Origin: Malacoraja senta
Lineage: Eukaryota
DNA: 60,000 nucleotides
Assembly: GCA_038087875.1 (NCBI GenBank)
Contig: CM075988.1
Location: forward strand, 13,952,001 to 14,012,000
Direction: 5' to 3'
The translations under genes and the position numbers were made by a program. Of this stretch, positions 37,994-52,398 are shown piece by piece (the first letter of the stretch is position 1; each line of letters opens with the position of its first letter). Under the pieces are notes generated by a model. That model was not told the origin of the DNA and ran no database searches. It was given only the letters and a program-made list of their open reading frames with translations.

Positions 37994-38809
37994 TCCAGTT
38001 ATATTAGTAAGAGACTTGGACCTGATTTGTTGTTTTCCTTCCAGGTAGAAATGCATCTAATTAACAAGGAAAATAATTTTTGAAATGACAATATAATGGG
38101 ACCAACATTTAATGTAGGTTATAATCTTATTGTCCCAGCAAAGCCGCTTAAGTTTAAATGCTGTCCAGGCAAGTGACATTTGAGTGTATCTGCCTCTGTG
38201 GTGAAGTCAAACCTGCATTATTACCTTATTCTTTTTATCTCCTTCTCTGTCTTTGATTCCACTTCTTTCAGCAATCCCAGGGTAAAAGAGATGAAAGTCT
38301 AAATCTAAATTCTGATGTGAGTGAATTCACAGATGCAAAATTGCCTATAAATTGGTATTTAATTAGCAAAGGCTATCTCTCGAAGTAAGTAATCAACTGG
38401 AGACTAGCACCTTAACAGCCATCACAATGAAATTAGCTGACTATATTTCATATCTCCAAATAGCAGAGGATATTATTGTAAAAATGATGGCAGAATTGGA
38501 TATCTCATTAGAGTCATTCTCATTGAAATTCAGATTTTATATATCGTTTTTTTACTAATTTAATACCACTAAAATTAAATGTTCTTTATCTCACTTTAAC
38601 AGGATTTGCAGCTGAAATTTCACTAGTTCACCAGCTTTAAAAGGAAGACCCTTTGCTGGTTTATACCTTTTTGTGTGTCTAAGGAGTATAATATGCCTGA
38701 AATGGGGAGTGAGGTGGGTGGGGAAACAAGCTGTTTATCAGTGTAAATCTACTCTGATGTTTATTTTCCCGTGGTTAACTAATCCTATCAATATTACAAT
38801 TATTCAAGG

Positions 38810-40170
38810 CAACCAAGAAGATTGCTGAGGGCAAGGTCATAGATATATTTTACAGGATATGGCCTTCAGTAAGGCTTTTGATATGGTTCTGCTTGATAGG
38901 TTGCTCTGGAAGGTTAGATTGCATGGGATCCAGGGAGAGTTAGCTATCTGGATACAGACAAAAGCACAAAGTGCAGGAGTAACTCAGCAGGTCAAGCTGC
39001 ATCTCTGAAGAGCATGGATAGGTGATGTTTGGGGTCTGGACCCTTTCGACTGATTGTGGGGGGGACGGGGGGGGAGAAAAAGCTGAAAAGGAGAAGATAT
39101 AGGACAAAGCCTTGCAAGTCATAGGAGGATACAGGTGAGGTGATATGGTAGTTGCATTAAGGGCAGAGGAAAGAATTGTGCCGAAGAAAGGCTACAGGAG
39201 TTTAATTCAGATAATTGTTAATTGTTACATTTTGGGAGGTCGATCCAGGGCAGGATTCACAGTAAACAGTGGAGTCATGGGTAATATTGTAGAGCAGAGG
39301 GAATCTTGGAGTAAAAGTACATAGCTTCTTGAAAATTGTGTCATAGATAAATGTGGTGGTGAAGAATTATTTTGGCACATTGTCCTTCATCAGTCAGGGA
39401 AATGAGTGTAAAGGATGGGACGTTATGTTACATGTGTACAAAATATTGATGAGGCCATACTTGGAGAAGTCTGTTCAATTTTGGTCAATAGGAAGGATTT
39501 CTTTCAGCTAGAAAGGGTGCAGAGAAGATTTTAAGGATGTTGCCTGGACTAGAGGCACTGGGCTATAGGGAAAGTTGGGCTAGCTAGGTGTTTTTTCCTT
39601 GAAGAGCAGGAGACTGAGGGGTGATCTTGTAGAGTGTATAACATCGTGAAGTATATAGATAGAGTGAATACAGAGATTTATTTTCCAGGCTAGGGGAATT
39701 AAGAACTAGAGGGTGTTGGTTTAAGGTGGGAGGGAAAATATTTAATAGGAACCTAAGGGGCACCTTTTCACACAGGGTGATGGATAAATACAAATGGACT
39801 GCTAGAGGAAGTAGTTGAGGCAGATACAGTAACAACATTTACAAGACATTTGGACAGATAGCTGGAGAGGAATATGGACCAAATAGGGGTAAATGGCAAA
39901 CAAGGAATTAAACATGCTGGTGATGAAAAAAGGCAAGAGGCGCTAGAGTAACTGAGCAGTTCAGGCAGCATCCCTGAAGATCATGGATAGGTTGAAGAAG
40001 TGTCCTGACCCCAAAATTGTCTATCCATGTTCTCCAGAGATGCAGCCTCACCAATTGAGTTACTCCAGAACGTTGCGTCTGTTTTTGTGGGTAAATGGGA
40101 TTCGTCAAGGTGGGATATTTTGGTAGGTTTGGCTGAGTTGGGCCGAATGTTTCCATGCTGTATGACTCTC
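38810..40170 (+). mobile_element. Old CR1 LINE 3' half with nested Penelope-derived elements
   Basis: Degenerate D/AFSKAFD.V, RP.LE..VQFW, TFTRHLDR motifs and CR1 tail. Confidence 0.65.
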
Positions 40171-43100
40171 TGACTGCCTCCCTGCTCTCTCATTACCTTT
40201 TGAGACGGGTCATTCAGCCCGTCGAGTCTGCAACAACTATTAAACACCCATTTACACTAATCTTATATTAATCACTTTTTTATTCTCCCCAAATTGTCAT
40301 TAACTGACCCAAAATTCTACCACTCGCCTACACACTAGCGGTAAATCGCATTGGGCAATTAACCTACCAATGGCAATTCTTTGGCATGTGGTGGGAAACT
40401 GGAGCACCCAAAGGAAACCATGCGATCATAGAGAGAATGTGCAAACTTCACCCGAGGTCAGGATTGAACCTGTGTCTCTGTTACGGCAAAGCAATGGCTC
40501 TAGTAAAGCTACACCATGGTGTCACCTCATGGTGTTTTCCTTTGCCCTGCTGGTCATCCTGGCCGTGACCCTCTGGTTCTAGGTTTCCTACCACCCTTCC
40601 TCTGCCACCAATCTCGGAAGGTTGTGTTGTCTCTGAGGAGGCTCTTGACCTATGGACATATATTTGCTTCCAAATGTGTATTTTCTCTCGAGGTCCATCA
40701 CCAATGATATTTCCAACTAACTTTCATTCCCAAATTCCCAACGCGTGAGATTTTAAATTCCTATCAATTGCTGTGGCTTTCTGTCTTAACTGCCAAATCC
40801 ATGCCTCGTTCCTCTAACAAAGCAAGAACAACTTGGATTCATGGAGCAGCTTTAATCTGTTCCCGTAACAATAAACACAAGTATTCATCAGTTAAAGTGT
40901 TGCACCTGCCCTCAGAGTTATGATGATACCTTGGTCAAATTATGATGTTTCAATAAGTGCCTTAGAAGAAGGGGGAGAAGCGGGTAAGTTTGCATGGAAC
41001 TCCCAGAATTAGAGTTCTTAGTAACTCTGCTCCAATGGAGGACAATGACGTCAGGGCTGAACTGGTGGAGAATAACAATCTTGGACAATGAAGGGAAGGT
41101 AGAAGATTACAGAGATACGAGGGGTAAGTACATAGAAGGATTTCAAAATGCAAGTAAATTTGAGGTGTTGCTCAACCAGGAGCTACAGTATATTACATCA
41201 ATGGACATGAGGATAATGGGTGACCCATCCTGAGTGGATACTCATGACCATGGTAAGACCTTTAGTAATGGGATGCCACCGTTGATAATCCCATTGAATG
41301 AAAGGCTCAGCAGCAAAAGTTTTAAATGTAGAGAAGTTTGGATGAGGTCAAGTTTTTGTAAAATGATAGACTGGCTGGGAAGCACTGGAAACAAGGCAAA
41401 TTGGTACTTGCAAAGTTTATAACAGTTATCTGCCTTTCAAATATATTTTATGTAATGCTACTGTAGTCTACATTGTTTAATCAAGAGACTGGATTGTATA
41501 ATTATTACCCATTATTAAGTGCTAACTGTGCAATATCTAATTTTACCCTGAATAGGTTGCACCAGCAATTGGACAGGACTCTTCTGTTTGTGATCTATGT
41601 TAATGCACATTACATTCCCTGATGGCAGGAACACACCTAACAATGTCATGATTCATGCATTGCCCATTTCCACCCACACTAACATTAATTGGAACACATT
41701 ATTCAGCATTGTGACTCGTGAAACCATGTCAGCAGAAGGCGTACATCATGTGAAAAAAATATTGTTTTGTTCTTTTTTACTTTTCAAAATTACACTATGT
41801 TGTGAGAGGACCAGGAGAAGAAGAAGGAGACAGAGGGAGAGGGGGAGAGAGAGAATATCTGCAGTTCCTTCCTGCACACTTGTTCCATAACCTCTGTTTC
41901 CTGGTGCTTAAACATTCTTGTGAGAACCAATGCCAAGCAGAGCACCTGCACATATCCTGTGAGGATTTTTTTTTTTCTAGCTTTGCTCCATTATGCGGGG
42001 ATTGCAGCTGCTGGGAGATGATTCTGGAGCTCTCCAGCCTGGTCCTTCTCATTATGGACCAGACAGGTCCATACCTCTGCTGAGACTGCATAGGACCCAC
42101 CTCCTGCCGTGTATCTCACCAAAAGGGAACCTGCATGTACTTTCAGGCCGATGTGGGAGCTGCTTTCCCTTCAGCTGTTATCTCCTCTGTGCCAACTATG
42201 TAGCACGTTTTTGATTCATGCCTGTCACACAGAATGTTCCTTTAAGGACTGAATCCCTTCTCCAGAGCATCATAAGCTGCATTGAATTGAGCCAAATCCT
42301 GCCAGGAGTTGCACAATCTACTCAAGACTTTGTTTCTAAGAGTAAAACACCCGGTTGCTGTTTTACACCACATTTTGGCCAATCTCACGATTTAGCACAA
42401 GTGTTAAATGCAGTAATGTTCCTGAGTAGCAGAAATAGCTGAAATCTGAATTATTCTAATAGCCATCAAACAACAGATACCTGCATTATATCACAATAAC
42501 AAGGCTAAAGCCTCTTAACCAATGATGTTATTATTACTGTGAGGGAATGCTGTGCTATTAGAAGCTCTAATGGTTAGCACGCAACAAAAGCTTTTCACTG
42601 TCAATTACCTAAATTAAATGGTATTTTATGCAAGTTTTGTGTAAAAGGAACAAATTTAAAACTATTGGAGGAACTCATTGGGTCAAGCAGCATCTGTAGA
42701 GAGAAATAGTTAGACAATGTTTCAGGACTGGAGAAGAGAGGACATCGAGACTGGAGAAGAGAGGAGATAGCTGGAAGAAAGAGGAGTGGCAGTTCACTTT
42801 TTTGCTCGGGATTCCAGCATCTGCAGTCTTTTGTGCCTCCATTTAATGTACAGTATTTTAGTTATCTGATGTATCTGCAACATGAATGATGGCAGTGCAA
42901 GAGGCTTCAGCATCCTATATATTAGATTTTGAATTTTAAGCACTAATTTCGGCTTGACTGCATGCGAAGTGCCCCCAAGCAATGTACGGTTCAGCACTGT
43001 ACCGAGTGTTTTTTTCTGTCAAGAATGAAAATGATGGAATGAGAAATAACTGAAGTTTTCAGACCCTTAAGAAAGGACTGTTTTTATCTCCAGCTACAAG

Positions 43101-43417
43101 CTTGATAAGCAAAAAGAATATCAGCACCCATGTCTAGGCTGTCATAACTTGCCTGATAATCTTGCTTTTAAATCATAAGATTTTTCCTTATCTCTAAACC
43201 CATACTTTGATTCTTTCAGTGGAATGTCATTACCTTTCTTTTATATTTTCCCCAGCAAGATTATAACCTAAAAATTGATGATCTCCATGATTGATTTTCA
43301 CTAGAGCTCGGCTTTTTTTCCCTCAGTCTCAGGTGCCCTGATGGAAATGTTGATAAAAGGATTTGGAAGGTGAGAGAAGATGTTTTCATTTGTGAAAGTC
43401 CAGAAGTAGAGCCCGTG

Positions 43418-43418
<1 letters not shown>

Positions 43419-43453
<35 letters not shown>
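43419..43453. repeat. (TA)n microsatellite
   Basis: About 17 TA units followed by low-complexity A/T. Confidence 0.95.
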
Positions 43454-43461
<8 letters not shown>

Positions 43462-43548
43462 TAATATATAAAAATATTTTAAAAAAATAAAAAATATATG
43501 TATATATATAAATATATAATAGTCATTTTTTTTTTTTTAAACAAGAAA

Positions 43549-43864
43549 TGTGGCGCAGCAGTAGAGTTGCTGCCTTACAGCCTAAGGGACCTGGGTTTGA
43601 TCCTGACTATGGGTGCTGTCTGTTTGGAGTTTGCATGTTCTCCCCATGACCGCATGGGTTTTATCCGGGATCTCCAGTTTTCTCCCACACTCCAAAGATG
43701 TACAGATTTGTAGATTAATTGGCTTCAGTAAAATTATAAACATTTTAAATTTTAATACATTTTATTTTGGTCCTAGTTTGTAGAATAGCGCTAGGGTATA
43801 GGGCGATAGCTGGTCGGCGTGCATTCATTGGGCCTGTTTCTGTGCTGTATCTCTAAAGTTAAAG
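43549..43864 (+). mobile_element. HE1-like V-SINE
   Basis: Head, V-domain and tail as in other copies. Confidence 0.8.
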
Positions 43865-44289
43865 TAACTGAGCAAGCAAACCGATGTCAACATCCTATCC
43901 CAAGGCACAGGTTGTTCAGCCCACCATGTTTGCACTGCCCATGATGCCAATCTTACTAAAACCCATCTGCCGACAGTCCATGATCTCTATCCTACTATCC
44001 CATGCCTGTCCACATGCTTATTTAAATGCTTCTTGAATGTTGCAATCACATTTGTTTCTACCACCTCTCCTATAAAGGTAGATCACATATTTCAGGCATC
44101 TACCACATGGTGTAATACAAAAAAAACTTCTCCTGCAAATCTTCTTTAAGCGTATCCCCTCACACATTAAAACTCTACCCTCCAGTGTTTGTCAATTCCA
44201 CCTTGGGGTAAATAGTAAAAGTAATTTTCCAACCTGTGGCACAAACAATTGTATATACTTCTCTCAGCTTGTCCCCCAGCCTCTAGCGC

Positions 44290-45020
44290 TCATATTGGTT
44301 TAATGTCTTCCAATACTCCTTCACTGAATTTTTCCCTCCACCAATGTGGTTGACACATCACATAACAACATCTCCCCATGCTCTTACTTTCACCCTCTCA
44401 CCACCTGGCCAGAGCAATGTTCTCCTTGTCCTCATCTTCCATCCCACCAGTCTTTAGAATAAATGAACATCCCATATACTTTCTACCACCATTAAAGATA
44501 TTCCACTTCTGGACATATCTTCCCTTTCACTCTTTCCAATATTTTTCGGGGTCCATTCATACTGTGTTTCCTTTATTTTCTCCTTCATCTCCACTAGCCA
44601 CTCCTTTCCTATTGCATTTCCTTGTGCAATTGTAGATAATGTAACACCTGCCCTTTAACCTGATTGTTTTTCACTATCCAGGGACCAAATGGTCTTGTCA
44701 ATTCAGGCAGCACTTCAGTTGTCCCCCATTCAGTGCTCACAATGCAGCCTCTGCTATATTACAGAAACCAATTACAAATCGGTTGATCGCTTTGCAGAAA
44801 GTGATCAAATAATGCTCAGTATACAAAGGGTGGCCATGACCTTCCATTTGCCTGTCACTTTAATTCTCCATCCCAATCTCACTCTGATCTCACTGTCTTT
44901 GTCATTTTACACTATTCCAATGAAGCCCAGTAGAAGCATGGGAACAGCAATTCAACCTCTATCTGGGTATATTGCAGCCTTGTGATTCAATATTAAATTC
45001 AATGATTTCAGTTAACCAGC
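44290..45020 (+). mobile_element. Ancient Penelope fragment (GIY-YIG region)
   Basis: IQCSQCSLCYITET....DRFAE is homologous to the ORF at 23172-23726. Confidence 0.7.
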
Positions 45021-45349
45021 TTCTCCCCGAATCAGAATGGGCCAGTTCCCATGTAAAGCCATTTGTTTGTAACATAAATTCATATTTCTCTTCCCCTCTA
45101 AGGTACTGAGGGATTTTCAGCACTCTGCTTTATTTGAGATTTCCAGCAACTTCACTGTTTTGCTTTTCATGGTCCCTGAATGTTATTTTGTTTTTTAAAA
45201 TTCTCTCAAACTGCCCTCGTTCATCTATTAATCAGACAGCTCAAAAATCAATATGTTACCTGGACATTCCTAATCTTCACCCTTTCATAGGCATTGAATG
45301 TGTCCACTCTATATTTACCCAACCTCCAGCCCACCTAGGCAACTTAAAC

Positions 45350-46390
45350 TAGGTATGTTACAAAACTTACCTTCAGTCGCGCTGTAATTCTGCCACTGGC
45401 CGTGTGCGCGATTTTGGCGCCTTTAAGGGGGGGCGGGGTTAAAACGCGGGTTTCTCCTCCCTTGTCCTGGTTAATATTTTGTTGGAGTACAAGCCTTGGC
45501 TGACAAATGGTTCCTAGTGGCGATTTGTGTATTTTTTATTTTTATTAAATCGTCAATGTCAGCGCTAGAGTAATTTTAAAAGCAGCTCCTGAAGCGTCAA
45601 CGCCGATAACGGGGACGGATTTCACACACGGGACAGGTAAACGAAAGTGGTTTCTTTAAATGTATAAAAGTGCTTCTTAAGAAGCCTTTAATTCACATTT
45701 TTTCATGCGACACGGTGATTTTATTCCCCGAATTAACGGCAGTATTTTTCATGCCAATACGGGGTTAAATTCACCGCAAATGAATGTTCCAAAAGATCCC
45801 GTTCCAGAAATCCTCACTCACAAGATGAATTAAATGCCCATTAATTTACAGGTATTAAACATTCAATTCCTTCCATTTGGCCTGTAAATTCATGAAAATT
45901 AGATTTAAAAATTATGTTATATTGTGAATTATTGTGTGAATGTTATTTGGACACTTAGGCTATTTAAAAATGTTAATCTATTCTTAAGAAATTGATAGAT
46001 GTTTAGATCTAGTAATTGAATTTTGTAATTAGCTACAATTAGGTAACTAACTAATTATATGCTCTACTTTCATGTCTTCGAAGTAAGATTGTTTCATATT
46101 TGTTTCAGAATGCTTCAATCTATAATAACTGAAAATTTCTTTCAGTTATCATAATTTTTAAGAAAGTTATGGGCTTTTAACTGTCCTCGATCACAGCTTT
46201 TGTGTTTAGTCAATGGAAAAGCAATAGGGAACTAGATGCTAATTTCTGAGTATGATAATGGCCATAACTTTTTTAATACTGAAGATATGAAAGTGAATTA
46301 AGGGTCAAATTAAACTTCTTTTTATGCTTTATCTGATGGGATAAATTGCAGACTTTATTTTTAAAATCTCAAAAATGTGTAACATTGCTA
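45350..46390. mobile_element. Non-autonomous TIR DNA transposon, 7-bp TSD (copy 2, inverted relative to copy 1)
   Basis: Ends TAGGTATGTTACA / TGTAACATTGCTA; CTTAAAC at 45343-45349 and 46391-46397; full-length reverse-complement homology to 33636-34674. Confidence 0.88.
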
Positions 46391-47967
46391 CTTAAACACC
46401 TACCGTCTCAATTTTCCAGGTAATTCTGATAAAGGGTTGTTCATCTGAAACATCAACTCTGTTCCCATCTCCACAGATGCCGTTTGACCTCCTGAGTATT
46501 TCCAGCATTTCTTGTTTTGATATCAGGTTCGCTGTGCTTTTCACTCGCCCTATTAAAGAGCAGTTAATTTTGGAAGGTGAAAGCACATATGATATAGAGG
46601 AGATTAAAAATAATACTCGTCAGCATTTCATCTCACTCAACAATTTATCTTTATTTCTTTTTATATTACTTGCCAGTTCAATCTTCTGAATCGATAATTT
46701 GTCTCATTTTGCCAACCATTTTCCCTTGCAATTCATTAGTTGTTATTGAGCCACAGGTTCTCGATCTGATGTTACATTTAGATGATACTTAGCTCTTTAG
46801 CTGATTCAGTAAACTGTATGAGTGCATATGTTTGTTTTAAATTCTCAGACTTGTCATTTAACATTTTCTAAGGTCATGATTATTTTTCTAACATCAGTAC
46901 ATCTTGTAACCCAGTCATCCTTTTCTGTCTCCGATTTAGGGGCTTTTCAATTAACTGTGTTTGAAATCACTGGGTTGTAAAGGATTTGGTTTTCTCATGT
47001 GCACCAGCGTGGAAACTACGTGCAGTCGTGGGCTTACTTCAAATTGCAGGACGTGTGTGCGGATGGATCTGACAGTCAGAGAATTTACAAGTTATTTTCA
47101 ATTCTCCAAATCCACAGTTGTGACTTCTTGCCTCTGCTCATCCCATTGCTGCTTTGGTGAGCTGGGTGTTAAGTAAAGCATTTTCATGCTTCTGAAAGGA
47201 ACAAGCTTCAGCATGGTTTTGTAGGAGTCACCCTCATGCCCCCAGTGTTGAGATGCCTCACAAGTTAAAATGAGATGAAACTAAATTCACAATCATATGA
47301 ATCCACTATTCCAGAGAATATTGAAATTGCTTCCTATGGCCAGTGGACACCTCGTATTCCATTAATTTATTCATGGGGTTTGGGCAGTTTTGGGAAAGCC
47401 AGAGTTTCTTTCTCATCCCTAATTGCCCTTAAGAAGATGGTATGGAACCAACATCATGACTTCCTGTTTTCTTTGTGCACTGCCGGGTTGGGATCACTCA
47501 GAATTTGACACATTGTCTTTGGACAAATCTTAAAATCTCAACCTCAGTAGATAGTCAGCAGCCCAGTACTGAAACTGGTAGAGCATCAGACTCACAGTGC
47601 CACAAACATGGTTTTAATTCTGATCTTTCTCTCAACATTGGGTTTGTTTGTTCTCTTAGTAACCACTTGTGTTTCTTCCAGTAGCTCTTTTTTTTCACGT
47701 CAAAGTTGAATTTGGTCACTGCAAGTTGCCCCTGGTGTGTAGGTGAGTGATGGCAATGAATGATGGGGGAAGTTGGTAAGAACTTGCGGAGAACACAAAA
47801 AGGAGGACCAATGTAGGATGTGCGTAAATGGATACCTGTCACTGGACAAGCAGGTAGTTGTATCATGTAATCTTTTGAAACCTTCTGTCAACAGGAACAA
47901 TCCATGACAAAAAACATTTACGATTCATAATGAGTAAAGTCTAAGTTAGGTGGAGAAACACTCAACA

Positions 47968-48403
47968 TCTATCTATCTTCTATCTATACATAATTAAAAC
48001 TCAGATCTTGTTATCTTCCGGTTTGCGCGGTCTTTCTATTTGCGCAAATATGGTATGCGATAGCGCTACAATTTTTTGCCAGTGTACTCACTGTTCTCCT
48101 CTGCTGCGAGTGCACCAAGTTTCGTTCCGATTGGGGGTCTAATGTAAAAGTTAGCGAGGTTTAAAAATCGCGCCTACGCAGATCGATCTCCTGCCAGTCG
48201 GCGACGCATGGATTGGTCTTTTCTCCGGTCTCCTGTCCGCCACTTCCTGCGCCATCGCGTCTTTACTGGAGCTGAGGGACGCTCTGGATGGCCGGCGGAG
48301 GTCTCCAACCAGACATAAATTTCAGAGGGACCGGAAGCGGTCCCGCTCAACCCAGCCCAGTGCAGAGATGTCGCCGATGTCCAACGGGTCCCACTTAGTC
48401 TAG
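47968..48403 (+). mobile_element. Non-autonomous Helitron-like element
   Basis: A|TCTAT... start with reiterated TCTA (alternative start 47983), ...CAACGGGTCCCACTTAGTCTAG|T end, no TSD, CpG-rich body. Confidence 0.65.
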
Positions 48404-49293
48404 TTACCAGTAAAAGTCTTTTGGAAGTGGTGAGTCCATGTGTTTTTTACCAACAGACATTTGAGCTTTTCCTTTAGGGGTTTAGGGGTTTTGGAGTAAG
48501 ACAAAGTCCCAGATTTTTCAAGGCACTTCATACCTTGGGACCTCAGTCAGCATGTTGGAGGGACAGACTCATGGAGGAGAGCCCAGGAAGCTTCATATAG
48601 ATGCTAAAGGAGCACAGATCAAGCAGCCTAGGTTTTTATCAGTCCTGCCTCTCGTATCTGAACAACACACATGAGAAGCAGCAACCTGAGTCAACCCATT
48701 AGGACTCAAATGTAAAGAGTGGCTTTGGTGACTAGGGAGCAATCTGGAAGAGGTCAAAATGTAAGGACTGGCCATGCTCATGTTTACATGGCGTGCAATT
48801 TATTCTTAAGATTTCTCAATTGTAAACAGCAACTGTCTTTTTACGTTGTCTCACAAGAGCTGAAACAAACATTAAAAAAAAAAATTACAAGCCAAATGCA
48901 AATGTCAGGCTGGAAAATAGTCATTATTTTCCAATCCTTGCGGTGACATTATGTTTTATGGACAGCAAAACAATCATATTTTATGGGATTTGCATTATTG
49001 GAAAAATGCAAAAACCCAGCACACAAACTGAGTGTGAAGCCAGCACTCCAAGCTGGATCTAGGATTTGAATTACAAATACAAACCAAGGTAGACTCCCTG
49101 ACGGCTTTAAATCAAATGTCTCCCCACTGCTCTGACAGCAACATAGCAGAACAGCTGAGTAGGAATGCAGTGGAGGAGGTAGCCAATTACTGGAAGAATT
49201 CAGAATGTGAACCTAAGAGGAACAGTTTGACAAGCTCTAATATCAAACTGTCAGCAAAAACAATTGCCTAATGGTCAATCAGACAGTTTTAGA

Positions 49294-51325
49294 CCCTAGC
49301 ACCGAGCCTTGCGGCACTCCACTCGCCACTGCCTGCCATTCTGACAGGGACCCTTTTATTCCTACTCTTTGTTTCCCTATCCATATTAATACACTACTCC
49401 CATTACCATGTGCTCTAATTTTGCCCACTAATCTCCTGTGGGACCTTATCAAAAGCTTTCCGAAAGTCCAGATACACTACATCCACTGGCTCTCTTTCAT
49501 CCATTTTGCTTGTCACATTCCCCAAATTCCAGAATTAGTCAAGCAGGATTTCCCCTTCATAAATCCATGCTTACTTGGACCAATCCTTTTTTTTCTGCTA
49601 TCTAAATGCGTCGTTATAACTTCTTTAATAATTGACTCCAACATATTCCCCACCACCGATGTCAAGCTAACTGGTCTATAATTCCCTGCTTTCTCCCTCG
49701 CTCCTTTCTTGAAAAGTGGGATAACATTAGCGACCCTGCAATCCACAGGACCTGATCCTGATTCTATAGAACATTGGAAAATGATTACCAATGCGTCCAC
49801 GATTCCTAGAGCCACCTTCTTGAGTATCCTGGATTGCTCAAGGCCCTGGGGATTTATCAGCCTTCAGTCCCATCAGTCTTCCCAATACTATTTCTCACCT
49901 AATGCAAATTTCTTTCAGTTCCTCTGTCACCCTAGATCCTCTGTCCTCTAGTACATCTGGGAAATTGTTTACGTTTTCCTCAGTGAAGACAAAACCAAAG
50001 TACCTGTACAACTCTTCTGCCATTTCCTTATTCCCCATAATAATTTCACCTGTTTCTGCCTTCAAGGGACCCACATTTGTCTTTACTAATCTTTTTCTCT
50101 TAATATACCTAAAGAAGCTTTTACTATCCTTCTTTACATTCAAGGCGAGCTTACCTTTGTACTTCATCTTTTTACCTGGCATTGCCCTTTTTGTTACCTT
50201 CTGTTATCCTTTGAAAGTTTCCCAAATCCTCTGGCTTACCGCTACTCTTTGCTATGTTATACACCTTTTCTTTTAGTTTTATACCGTCCCCAACTTCCCT
50301 TGTCAGCCACGGTTGCCTCTTACTCCCCTTAGACTCTTTCTTCCTCTTTGGAATGAAATGATCCTGCATGTTCTGAATTATGCCCAGAAATTCCTGCCAT
50401 TGTTGTTTTACCGTCGTTCCTGCTAAGATCCTTTTCCAGTCGACGGTGGCCAGCTCCTCTCTCATGCCTTCATAGTCCCCTTTGTTCAACTGTAACACTG
50501 ACACTTCTGATTTAACCTTCTCCCTCTCAAATTGCAGATTAAAACATCATATTATTGTCACTACTTCCTAGCGGATCCTTTACCTTGAGTTCCCTTATTA
50601 AATCTGGTTCATTAGACAACACTAAATCCAGAATTGCCTTCTCTCTGGAAGGCTCCAATTCAAGCTGCTCTAAGAATCCATCTTGGAGGCACTCTCCAAA
50701 CTCCCTTTCTTGGGGTCCAGAACCAACCAGATTTTCCCAGTCTACCCGCATATTGAAATCTCCCAAAACCACAGTGGCATTACCTTTGTTACATGCCAAT
50801 TTTAACACCTGTTGCAACTTGCACCCTAAATCCAGGCTTCTGTTTGGGGCCTGGAGATAACTCGCATTAGTGTCTTCTTACCTTTACAATTCTTCAATTC
50901 TATCCACAGTGACTCTACATAATCAGTTCCTATATCACCCCTCGCAAGGGATTGAATTTCATCCCTCACCAACAGAGCTAACCCACCTCCTCTGCCCACC
51001 TGCCTGTCCTTTCTATAGGACGTATAACCCTGAACATTCAGTTGCCAGTCCCGATCGTCCTGCGGCCGTGTCTCTGTATTCCCCACAATGTCATATCTAA
51101 CAATCTCTAAATGAGCCTCAAGCTCATCCACTTTACTTATACTTGCGCATTCATATATAATATGTTTAATCCATTATTCACCTCACCTTTCACTCCGATT
51201 CCTTTTTCCTTGGCCATACTCTCCTATCCCTTCCTGAACTTTCTGTCCCATTAATTCTGGTGTCTTTCTTAACTTTTCCGTTACTCGCTTCCCCTTTAAC
51301 TCCACCTTATGTTTCCAATTTGATG
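49294..51325 (-). mobile_element. CR1 LINE ORF2 5' portion (AP endonuclease plus RT N-terminal half), frameshifted, 3' part missing
   Basis: YDIVG.TET, YRKDR..GRGGG.AL, VVLGDFN, ILDLVL, LGSSD.N; NYRPVSLTSVVG, HGFMKGKSCLTN; breaks after VPQGSVLG. Confidence 0.92.
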
Positions 51326-51654
51326 GGCCTCAGAGTGAATGCCACACTATTTGGCCAAAGTTAGCCCAGATTCCTGGGCCCTGAATGATTGGGTTCAACA
51401 GAAATTGTGTTCAGCTGAGATGCCCTCAACCCACCGGTAATCTTCAATAAATTGCATGGATTTTCTAAAGTGCAAAACATGATTTATTCAGTTCATAAAA
51501 TCTTTGAGAAAACAAATTATAGGATTTTTATCACTTCGAAACATATAAATATTTTATTTTATGCATTTTAACATTCCATTGATAGGAATGTCAAAAACTA
51601 TCAGCCACAAACTGAGACGCAATGCCACCCTACCAAACAAAATATTTACCTGCT

Positions 51655-52060
51655 CATAAGTTCATAAGGAATAGGAGTAGAATTAGACCATTCAGCCCAT
51701 CGTCTACTCTGCCATTCAATCGTGGCTGATCTATCTCTCCCTCCCAACCCCATTCTGCCTTCTCCCCATAACCTCTGATACCTGTACTAATCAAGAATCT
51801 ATCTAACTCTGTTTTGAAAATATCCACTGACTTGGCCTCCACAGCCTTCTGTGGCACAGAATCACCACCCCCTGACTAAATAAATGTCTCCTCATCTCCT
51901 TCCTAAGAGAGCATCCTTTAATTCTGAGGCTATGACCTCTCGTCCTGGACTCTCCCACTACTGGAAACATCCTCTCCACATCCACTCTATCCAAGCCTTT
52001 CACTATTCTGTATGTTTCAATGAGGTCCCACCTCATTCTTCTAAACTCCAGCAAGTACAG
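51655..52060 (-). mobile_element. CR1 3' end
   Basis: LEFRRMRWDLIETY, SRTRGHSLRI; CR1 3' UTR. Confidence 0.85.
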
Positions 52061-52096
52061 GAGTGAGATTGTTTCCATGCAGTATCTCTTTATGGG

Positions 52097-52398
52097 TTTA
52101 GTTTAGTTTAAAGATATTGCGCAGAAATAGGACCTTCGGCCCATCGAGTCTGCATCGACCAGTGATCCCCACACACTAACACTGTCCGCCAGACACTAGG
52201 GACAATTTACAATTACACCAAAGCCAATTAACCTACAAACCTGTACTTCTTTGGAGTGTGGGAGGAAACCGGAGATCCCAGAGAAAACCCGCGCAGGTTA
52301 GGGGTAGAATGTACAAACTCTGCACTGACAGCACCTGTAGTCTGGATCGAACCCAGATCTCTGGCCCTGTAAGGCAGCAACTCTACTGCTGCACCACA
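52097..52398 (-). mobile_element. HE1-like V-SINE
   Basis: (TTTAG)n tail, V-domain and head. Confidence 0.85.

Noticed and set aside
41802..42214. Cluster of 70-100 aa ORFs
   Set aside because: Low-complexity purine tract plus repeat remnants; no motif support
34675..45349. Inversion or composite transposon between the two inverted 1.04-kb elements
   Set aside because: Each copy retains its own matching TSD pair, so they are independent, unrecombined insertions
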